A stretch of 64,000 bases of DNA from an uncultured delta proteobacterium (GTDB lineage: Bacteria; Myxococcota_A; Polyangia; Palsa-1104). Position numbers and translations under genes: made by a program. This document shows, in pieces, positions 8,699 to 15,854 of this stretch (position 1 is its first letter; every line of letters begins with the position of its first letter). Location of the stretch: contig CAWAWS010000015.1 of assembly GCA_963785725.1 (NCBI GenBank), positions 96,001 to 160,000 on the forward strand, read 5' to 3'. The notes beneath the pieces were generated by a model. The model did not search any database and was not told the DNA's origin. It was given only the letters and a program-made list of their open reading frames with translations.

Positions 8699-10345
8699 CT
8701 ACTGCGCCCTCGGCTTGAGCGTCGTCAGCACCAGCAGATCCTCGGGATCGGAGAACGGCGACAGCTTGGCGAAGGGATGGTCCGCCGTCGGAAAGCCGGT
8801 GATGCGCCGCGTGTTGTAGGCGCCCCACAATGGATTCGCGAACAGCGGGATCGCCGGCGCCACGGCCGCGAAACGCTGCTCCAGCTGGTTGACGATGGCG
8901 TGCTGCCGCGCGACGTCGTCGGTGCGCTCGAGCTCGGCGAAGAGCGCGTCGGCCGCTTTGTCGCCGACGCGGTTCCAGTTGGTCGTCGCCAATTCGCCCA
9001 GCGGCTTGACGTCGCGCGAGCCCATGAGCCAGCGGTAGACGTAGTAGGGCGTCGGCGCGTCGAACGAGAAGGCGAGGCCGGGGCAGGCGACCGAGAGCTG
9101 GAAGTCGCCCGCCTGCAGCCGCCGAAACCAGGCGCTCCATTCGTACGCGCGCAGCTCGGCAGTGACGCCGACCTTGGCCAGATCGCGGGCGACGACCTGC
9201 GCGGCGCGCACCCAGTCGCTCCAGCCGCTGACGACTTCGATCGTAAAGTGCATCGGCGCGCCGTCTTTGCCGTGCCGAAGGCCGTCTTTGCCGAGCGGAA
9301 AGCCGGCTTCGTCGAGCAGCTTGCCGGCGGCGGCGGGATCGTGGCCGACCCAGCCGTCGGCGACGACCGCCGGATCGCGCCACGTCGCGTAGACGTCGGA
9401 CAGGCCGGTGGCGTCGGCGGGATGGCTGTAGCCGTACATGCCGATGGCGACGACGCGCTCGCGGTCGATCGCCAAGCTCAACGCCTTGCGCACGCGGACG
9501 TCGTCGAACGGCGCCTTCAACGCGTTGGGATAGAGGAAGACCATCGAGCCCATCGGCGGGAACCAAAAGCCGTTGTGCTGGGGATCGCGGGCCACGAACG
9601 TGCGCTGCACCGCCGGCACGAAGTTGCCCGCCCAGTCGACCTCGCCGTCGACGAGCGCCAGGTTCGCCTGGTCGTTCGACGGATAGGCGATCATGCGCAG
9701 CGCCGCCAGCTCCGGCTTACCCGCCTGCCAGTAACGCGGATTGCGCCCCAATTCCCACACTTGGTTGCGAAAGACGCGCACCTCCGTGAACGGCCCGGTG
9801 CCGACCGGGTTCGGATTGGTGAACGTCATCGGGTCGGCGATGCGGCTCCAGATGTGCTCGGGCAGCATCGGCTGCTGCACCAGCTCGACCAGCCCGGGCA
9901 CGAACGGCCGCTGCAGCGTCAGCTCGACGGTGTGCGCGTCGATCGCGCGCACGCCCGACAGGAATTCCCACAGGCCGTTGGAGTCGAGCGCGCGGTGCTG
10001 ATGGATGAGCTCGTAGCTGAAGACGACGTCGCCGGCGCCAAAAGGCTGGCCGTCGGACCAATGCACGCCGTCGCGCAGATGCAGCGTCAGCGTCAGGTGA
10101 TCGGCCGACCAGGCGTAATCGGTGGCGAGCCACGGCACCCACGTACCGGCGACGGCGTTCCAGATGACGAGCGGCTCGTAAATCCCGCCGCGCGTCGGCC
10201 AGCGCGCCGAGCCGACCAAGAGTGGATTGAAGTTGCGGACCCAGGCGCTCGCTTGCTCGACCGAGACGGTCATGACGTCGCGTGCCGTCGGCGGCGGCGC
10301 GGCACAGCCGGCGGCGACCAAGACGAGCGCGAGCGCGCGTTTCAT
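8699..10345 (-). CDS. ABC substrate-binding lipoprotein, family 5 (probably oligosaccharide-binding)
   Basis: Start MKRALALVLVAAG-C (ATG 10345, ATGA overlap); RNFNP, LRDGVHWSDGQPF, PVGTGPF, GWSDW as in sugar-binding family-5 SBPs. Confidence 0.9.
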   Translation of the reverse strand: MKRALALVLVAAGCAAPPPTARDVMTVSVEQASAWVRNFNPLLVGSARWPTRGGIYEPLVIWNAVAGTWVPWLATDYAWSADHLTLTLHLRDGVHWSDGQPFGAGDVVFSYELIHQHRALDSNGLWEFLSGVRAIDAHTVELTLQRPFVPGLVELVQQPMLPEHIWSRIADPMTFTNPNPVGTGPFTEVRVFRNQVWELGRNPRYWQAGKPELAALRMIAYPSNDQANLALVDGEVDWAGNFVPAVQRTFVARDPQHNGFWFPPMGSMVFLYPNALKAPFDDVRVRKALSLAIDRERVVAIGMYGYSHPADATGLSDVYATWRDPAVVADGWVGHDPAAAGKLLDEAGFPLGKDGLRHGKDGAPMHFTIEVVSGWSDWVRAAQVVARDLAKVGVTAELRAYEWSAWFRRLQAGDFQLSVACPGLAFSFDAPTPYYVYRWLMGSRDVKPLGELATTNWNRVGDKAADALFAELERTDDVARQHAIVNQLEQRFAAVAPAIPLFANPLWGAYNTRRITGFPTADHPFAKLSPFSDPEDLLVLTTLKPRAQ

Positions 10346-11232
10346 TGCGCCGCCGGCGCGTAGACGCGGACGTAGTCGACGAGCAGCGTCTGCGGAAAGA
10401 CCGTCGTGGCGTCGGGCGAGCCGACGAAGTTGCCGCCGACCGCCAAGTTCAAGAGCACGCCGAACGGATGGTCGTAGACCCACTGATCGCCGGCCGGAAT
10501 CTGCGCCGGCGTGATCGAGAAGTAGGGATTGCCGTCGACCTGGAAGATGATGCGATCCGAGATCCACTCGACGGCGTAGACATGGAAACCGTCGCTGAGC
10601 GGCGCGCCGGGAACATCGGTCGTCGACGTGATGGCGTTGCCGCCTGAGTAGCCGGGGCCGTGCACGGTGCCGTGCACGGTGCTCGGATCTTGGCCCTTGG
10701 TCTCGACGACGTCAATCTCGCCGCACATCGGCCAGCCGGCGCTCGCGTAGTTGTTGCCGAGCATCCAGAACGCCGGCCACATGCCTTGGCCCGTCGGCAC
10801 CTGCATGCGCGCCTCGAAGCGGCCGAAGGCGTTGGTGTACTTCGACAGCGTGTTGATGCGGCCCGAGGTGTAGCTCTTGCCCATGTACGCCTCTTGCCGG
10901 GCGACGATGGCGAGGTGGCCGTTGCCGTCGAGCGCGACGTTGGACGTCCGCGACGTGTAGTACTCGAGCTCTTGGTTGCCCCAGCCCGTGCCGCCGACGT
11001 CGAAGGTCCACTTCGTCGGGTCGGGCGAGCTGCCGGCGGCGCCGTCGAACTCGTCGTGCCACAAGAGCGTGCGGCCGGCCAAGACGCCGGCGTCGTCGTT
11101 GCTCGAGTAATACGTCGATTGCGACAGGTCGGCCGGGATCGCCATGTCGGGATAGAGCGGATCCGGCTTACAGCCCGCCGTCAAAAGTGCGACGAGACCG
11201 GCCGACCACGTCATGACGGCGGCGGGCTTCAC
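10342..11232 (-). CDS. GH16 laminarinase-like endo-beta-1,3-glucanase, lipoprotein
   Basis: WHDEFDG, GWGNQELEYY, GMWPAFWMLG, catalytic GEIDVVE, LNLAVGG, VDYVRVY; lipobox LTAG-C. Confidence 0.93.
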   Translation of the reverse strand: MKPAAVMTWSAGLVALLTAGCKPDPLYPDMAIPADLSQSTYYSSNDDAGVLAGRTLLWHDEFDGAAGSSPDPTKWTFDVGGTGWGNQELEYYTSRTSNVALDGNGHLAIVARQEAYMGKSYTSGRINTLSKYTNAFGRFEARMQVPTGQGMWPAFWMLGNNYASAGWPMCGEIDVVETKGQDPSTVHGTVHGPGYSGGNAITSTTDVPGAPLSDGFHVYAVEWISDRIIFQVDGNPYFSITPAQIPAGDQWVYDHPFGVLLNLAVGGNFVGSPDATTVFPQTLLVDYVRVYAPAAQ

Positions 11233-12452
11233 GCGAGCGCCAGCGCCTGGTTGGGGAAGATGGAGCGATCGCGCAGCGCCGCTTGCAGCACCAGCGTCGC
11301 GGCGCCGACCGCGATCGCCTGATCGCCGAGCTGGCTGGTGACGAGCCGCGTCTCCGCCACCGACGTCGACAATGCCCGCGCGCGGACGGTGTCACGCAAT
11401 CGATCGAGCAGGAGCTCGCCGACGCTCGTGATCTCGCCGCCGAACACGACGACCGCCGGGTTCATGAGGTTCAGAAGGCCGGCGACGGCGATGCCGAGAT
11501 AGTGGCCGACGTCCTCGACGATCGAGCGCGAGACCGCGTCGCCTTCGAGCGCGCCTTTGATGATGTCGGCAATCGTTGGCGTGCGGTTGAGATCGCGGCC
11601 GACGCGCTCTTTGGCGCGGTTGCGTAAGGCTTCGGAGCCGATGAGCATGGTGAGGCAGCCGTTCAAGCCGCAGATGCAGCGCGGTCCCGACGGATCGACG
11701 GCGAGGTGGCCGATCTCGCCGGCGGTGCCGCCCGAGCCGCGATAGACCTCGCCGCGGATGACGTAGCCGGCGCCGATGCCGGTGGCGATCTTGATGTAGG
11801 TGAGGTCGTCGCCGGAGCGGCCGGCGCCCCACCAGTTCTCCGAGAGCGCGCCCAAGTTGGCGTCGTTGTCGACGAAGACGGGCACGTCGTAGGCGCCGGC
11901 CAGGTGCGCCTGCACGTCGTAGCCGCTCCAGGCGGGCAAGATCATCGACGACAAGCGGCCGGGCGCGCTCGGATGGACCGGGCTCGGCACGGCCATGCCG
12001 ATGCCGAGCAGCCGCCGCCGCGACACGCGCTCGACGCGCAGGCAGTCGTCGATGAACTCGCGCACGAGGCCGAGCGCGCCTTCGGGATCGGTCTGCACGG
12101 CGAACGCGCCGTGCCGCGCCGTCTGCACTTGGCCGCGCAGGTTGGTCAGCGTCACCAAGACGTGGCTGGCGCCGAGCTCGACGCCGATGATGGCGAAGGC
12201 GTCGTCGCAGAAGCCGAGGAGGGTGGGGCGACGGCCGCCGCGCGACAGGCCGGCGCCGTTCGATTGCACGAGGCCCGAGCGCTCGAGGTCGCCCACGATG
12301 GCCGACACCGTCGACGGGCTCAAGCCCGTGCGCCGCGCCAAGTCGGCGCGCGAAATCTCGCGCGCCCGCCAGATCAGGTTCAATAGCAGCGCGCTGTTGC
12401 GAGCGCGCATGCCTTGGGCGTCGACGGTCGTCTGTTCGATATCAGCGGCCAT
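11229..12452 (-). CDS. ROK-family transcriptional repressor (XylR/NagC-like)
   Basis: N-terminal HTH (ISRADLARRTGLSPSTVS), GGRRP, VDNDAN, GIGAG, AGEIGH, CICGLNGCL Zn motif. Confidence 0.95.
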   Translation of the reverse strand: MAADIEQTTVDAQGMRARNSALLLNLIWRAREISRADLARRTGLSPSTVSAIVGDLERSGLVQSNGAGLSRGGRRPTLLGFCDDAFAIIGVELGASHVLVTLTNLRGQVQTARHGAFAVQTDPEGALGLVREFIDDCLRVERVSRRRLLGIGMAVPSPVHPSAPGRLSSMILPAWSGYDVQAHLAGAYDVPVFVDNDANLGALSENWWGAGRSGDDLTYIKIATGIGAGYVIRGEVYRGSGGTAGEIGHLAVDPSGPRCICGLNGCLTMLIGSEALRNRAKERVGRDLNRTPTIADIIKGALEGDAVSRSIVEDVGHYLGIAVAGLLNLMNPAVVVFGGEITSVGELLLDRLRDTVRARALSTSVAETRLVTSQLGDQAIAVGAATLVLQAALRDRSIFPNQALALA

Positions 12453-12466
12453 GCGGCACGATCTCC

Positions 12467-12491
12467 TCTTCGTTCGGTTATCGAAAGAAGG
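12467..12491. promoter_or_regulatory. Candidate third ROK operator directly upstream of the ROK gene RBS
   Basis: TCTTCGTT-N9-AAAGAAGG, an imperfect palindrome with the same 25-bp geometry as the sites at 13717 and 13971. Confidence 0.55.
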
Positions 12492-13706
12492 TCAGCGCCA
12501 CTGCACGCCGATGATGTCCAGGCTCGTCCCGGCCCCACCGACGCTCCAACCGAAGCCGCCGACCACGTGGGCGCCATAAGCGCCGCCCACGCCCAAGGTA
12601 TACAACGTCGGCGTCGTGGTCATGACGGCGTTGATCTTGGTGGCGAAGTTGTCCTTGCCGAGGCCGGCGAAGAAGGAGACGATCTCGCCGCCGGCGGCCG
12701 TCCAGGCGTAGAAGCTGACCTCGGTGTAGCCGGCCGGGATGGCCGCACCGACGGGATCGGTGGCGCCGCCCCAGTTGCCCGACGGGCTCTGCCAATAGAC
12801 GCCGGCCCAGCCGTTGGTGGGCGCGCCGCCGTCAATGGTCGGATTCCAAACAAAGTGGTGGCAGCCGCTGGCGCCCATGACGGTCGGCGTGCAGGTGGGC
12901 TCGTCGACCAGCTCGCCGGGATTGGCGCCGTCGCCCATGTAGCCGGCGGCGACGAAGTTGGTGTCGATGGCGAACGCCTTGGGCGACACGCCCGTCGACG
13001 GCGCGGCCCAGACGATGTCGTCGATGTTGAAGGTCGCGGCCGGAGCGGCGCCGGCCTGCGTCTCCCAGCGGAAGGCGCTGATCGTCGTCGCGCCGTAGAT
13101 GTTGCTGACGCCGAGCGTGTACAGCGTCGGCGTCGTCGTCAGCGTGACGTCGAGCTCGCTCGTGGCCGGCGTGCCGGTCACTTTCGAGTCGACGCCGTCG
13201 CCGGCGAAGAAGCTCAGCTTCTCGCCGCCGGCCGCGCCCCACGCGTAAAACTGCACCTGCGTGTAGCCGGCGGGAAGGGCGTAGCCGGGCATCTCCGACG
13301 GTCCGGGCCAGTTGTTGGCCGGGTACTGCCACAAGATGCCGGCATAGCCGCCGGCGCTCGACGCCGGAACGTAGGCGATGTGATGACAAGTGCCGCGTCC
13401 GGCGCCGCCGCGCGTGGGACAGCTCGGCGTATCGGAGAGCGACGCGCCGTTGTCGCTGTAGTAGCCGCTGGCCGCGTAGGTGCTGTCGACGATGAAGGGC
13501 GCCGGCCCTTGGTTCGGCGCCGACAAGTCGGGTGGGGTCGACATGTCGGCTTCGACCGACACGGACATGTCGTGCGTGTTGCTGACGACTGCCAGATCGC
13601 CGCCTTCGGTCATGTCGGCAGCGGCGCCTGAGTGACCGCCGCCGCCACAGCCAACAGCGACGAGGAGCGGCATTACGAGCCAGCTGGACAGCGAGCGCTT
13701 GGACAT
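12492..13706 (-). CDS. Lipoprotein with two tandem copies of an uncharacterised CBM-like beta-sandwich domain
   Basis: Lipobox VAVG-C; repeated motif AxGY(M)GD...CHH...(W/Y)AG(V/I)xWQxPxxNW...FYAW..AGGE..SFFAG...TTTPTLYTLGV. Confidence 0.8.
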   Translation of the reverse strand: MSKRSLSSWLVMPLLVAVGCGGGGHSGAAADMTEGGDLAVVSNTHDMSVSVEADMSTPPDLSAPNQGPAPFIVDSTYAASGYYSDNGASLSDTPSCPTRGGAGRGTCHHIAYVPASSAGGYAGILWQYPANNWPGPSEMPGYALPAGYTQVQFYAWGAAGGEKLSFFAGDGVDSKVTGTPATSELDVTLTTTPTLYTLGVSNIYGATTISAFRWETQAGAAPAATFNIDDIVWAAPSTGVSPKAFAIDTNFVAAGYMGDGANPGELVDEPTCTPTVMGASGCHHFVWNPTIDGGAPTNGWAGVYWQSPSGNWGGATDPVGAAIPAGYTEVSFYAWTAAGGEIVSFFAGLGKDNFATKINAVMTTTPTLYTLGVGGAYGAHVVGGFGWSVGGAGTSLDIIGVQWR

Positions 13707-13716
13707 GACAACCTCG

Positions 13717-13741
13717 ACTTAGTTGCGACGAAAAACAAAGT
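13717..13741. promoter_or_regulatory. ROK (XylR-type) operator overlapping the -10 of the leftward promoter (TTGCGT-16-TACTTT, 13764-13737)
   Basis: ACTTAGTTGCGACGAAAAACAAAGT; imperfect palindrome; its reverse complement matches the 13971 site at 19 of 25 positions. Confidence 0.75.
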
Positions 13742-13970
13742 ACACTCCGTGAAAACCGACGCAAGCCAAATCGTGTCAGTCAGTCGAACACGCTAGTTGT
13801 TCCATTTTCGAGACGCCCAGCGTCAAGGTCGCTCAGCGCTAAAGGACTTAAAATAAGCGTCAAATGGAGCTGCGCGTCAATCGCGTGAACTTCAACGAGT
13901 TGCCTCGGTTCACACTTTCGTCGCCGCGCCGCGTCTGTCGATTCCGATTGAAATGTAGTCGCTATTTACT

Positions 13971-13995
13971 ACTTTGTTTTTTGATCGAACTAACT
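13971..13995. promoter_or_regulatory. ROK (XylR-type) operator overlapping the -10 of the rightward promoter (TTGAAA-16-TACTTT, 13948-13975)
   Basis: ACTTTGTTTTTTGATCGAACTAACT, just upstream of the GGAGG RBS of the GH26 gene. Confidence 0.75.
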
Positions 13996-14013
13996 TAACG
14001 CGGAGGACATGAA

Positions 14014-15069
14014 ATGGCTACGCGCACCCTTTTGCCGTCGCTGTTGCTGATGCCGTTGATGGTCAGCTGCTCCTCCAGCGCGACAAAAGCTGTCTCGAAG
14101 ATGGGACAACCGGATCTCGCTTCTTCGCCCTTAGACTTGTCGAGTACGACGACGCTGATGCAGGACATGACGACAGTGCCTTTCGATCTGTCGTTGCTCG
14201 CGCCGCCCAACATCCGCACGGCGCCGACGACGGGCGCGTACTTGGGCGCGTTCGTCGGCGTGGGCACCGCTTCGACGGCCGACTTTCAGTCCGAAGAGCA
14301 GCTGATCGCCCGGCCGTGGGTCATCGACAACACGTTCTACTCGACGGAAGACTGGGGCACGCTGCGCGCCCCGTGGGACATCGCGAACCATAAGGTCCCG
14401 CACATCACCTGGCAGCCGGCCGACTCGCTCGACGACATCATCGCCGGCACGGCCGACCCGCTCTATCACACGCGCGCCGCCGAGGCGAAGGCGTTCGGCG
14501 CCGACTTCTTCCTGCGCTGGGGCCACGAAATGAACGGCAACTGGTACCCGTGGGCGGGCGTCAACAACGGCGGCTCGGGCGTCGGACCGCAGAAGTACAT
14601 CCAGGCCTGGCAGCACGTGCACGATCTCTTCGTCGCCGACGGCGTCACCAACGTGCAGTGGGTGTGGTGTCCCATCGTCACCGACGTTCCATCGGACGCG
14701 TGGAACCACTGGACCAACTATTACCCCGGCGACGCCTACGTCGATTGGGTCGGCATCGACACCTACAACTGGGGCACGTCGTCGTCCTGCTGCGTGTGGG
14801 AATCCTTCACCGATCTGACGCAGGCGCTCTACAGCGACTACGCCGGCAAGAAGCCGATCATCATCTCCGAGATGTCGTCGGCCGAGCTCGGCGGCAACAA
14901 GGCGGCGTGGATCGACGACTTCCACACGCAGATGAAAACCAATTTCACCGGAATCAAAGCGGTCGTTTGGTTCGATATCAACAAAGAGACCGATTGGCGC
15001 ATCGACTCTTCGGCACCGACGCTGGCGGCCTACAAGGCGCTGGCGCTCGATCCTTATTTCAATCCGTAA
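14014..15069 (+). CDS. GH26 glycoside hydrolase, lipoprotein
   Basis: Lipobox MVS-C; LRWGHEMNGNWYPW (acid/base HE), YYPGDAYVDWVGIDTYN, IISEM nucleophile, WF..NKETDWR. Confidence 0.9.
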   Translation: MATRTLLPSLLLMPLMVSCSSSATKAVSKMGQPDLASSPLDLSSTTTLMQDMTTVPFDLSLLAPPNIRTAPTTGAYLGAFVGVGTASTADFQSEEQLIARPWVIDNTFYSTEDWGTLRAPWDIANHKVPHITWQPADSLDDIIAGTADPLYHTRAAEAKAFGADFFLRWGHEMNGNWYPWAGVNNGGSGVGPQKYIQAWQHVHDLFVADGVTNVQWVWCPIVTDVPSDAWNHWTNYYPGDAYVDWVGIDTYNWGTSSSCCVWESFTDLTQALYSDYAGKKPIIISEMSSAELGGNKAAWIDDFHTQMKTNFTGIKAVVWFDINKETDWRIDSSAPTLAAYKALALDPYFNP

Positions 15070-15089
15070 CGTTTACTTGGGAGGCGAAC

Positions 15090-15854
15090 ATGAAACGGGT
15101 TTCCTCGATTGTGTGTGGGCTGGTCGCGGTCGCGTTCGTCGGCTGTGGCGGCGGCTCTTCGAACAACAATGGCGGCGGCGGCGGTAGCGCCGGCGGCACC
15201 GGCGGCGGCAGCGCCGGTGGAACGGCCGGCGGCGGCGGTGGCGGCACGGCCGGCGGCGGCGGCACGGTCGTGCAGAACCCGCCCGACATGACGGCGCCGG
15301 CGACGTTGCCGTTCGCCGTCGACGACGAATACGCGGCCAGCGGCTACATGGGCGACGGCGCGACCGTCGGTGTCGTGACGATGTTGCCGGCCAAGACCAC
15401 CGACTCCCAAGACTGTAACGGCAACCGCTCGAGCGCGACCGCGCTCGGCGTCTGCCACACGATCACGTACGTGCCGCTGGCGGCGACGGCGACCCCGGCG
15501 CCGGCCGGTTGGGCCGGCGTCTACTGGCAGTATCCGGCGAACAACTGGGGCACGAAGCCCGGCTTCGCCATTCCGCCCGGCGCCACCAAGGTCAGCTTCT
15601 GGGCGCGCGGCGACGCGGGCGGCGAGCTCGTCGGCTTCATCGCCGGCGGCATCGTCACGGCGGGCGCGAGCTACTCGGACAGCCTGAAGGCGAGCACGCC
15701 GACCGAGACGTTGACGACGACGTGGACGCAGTACTCGATGGATCTGACGGGCTTTACGTACACGCAGGTCTTGGGCGGCTTCGCCTGGACGATGGGCGCG
15801 CCGGCGGGCGGCACGACCGCCAAGTTCTACGTCGACGACATCGAGTGGCAATAG
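15090..15854 (+). CDS. Lipoprotein with a Gly-rich linker and one copy of the same CBM-like domain as 12492..13706
   Basis: Start MKRVSSIVCGLVAVAFVG-C (ATG 15090, GGAGG RBS); YAASGYMGD, WAGVYWQYPANNWG, VSFWARGDAGGE, FYVDDIEWQ. Confidence 0.85.
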   Translation: MKRVSSIVCGLVAVAFVGCGGGSSNNNGGGGGSAGGTGGGSAGGTAGGGGGGTAGGGGTVVQNPPDMTAPATLPFAVDDEYAASGYMGDGATVGVVTMLPAKTTDSQDCNGNRSSATALGVCHTITYVPLAATATPAPAGWAGVYWQYPANNWGTKPGFAIPPGATKVSFWARGDAGGELVGFIAGGIVTAGASYSDSLKASTPTETLTTTWTQYSMDLTGFTYTQVLGGFAWTMGAPAGGTTAKFYVDDIEWQ

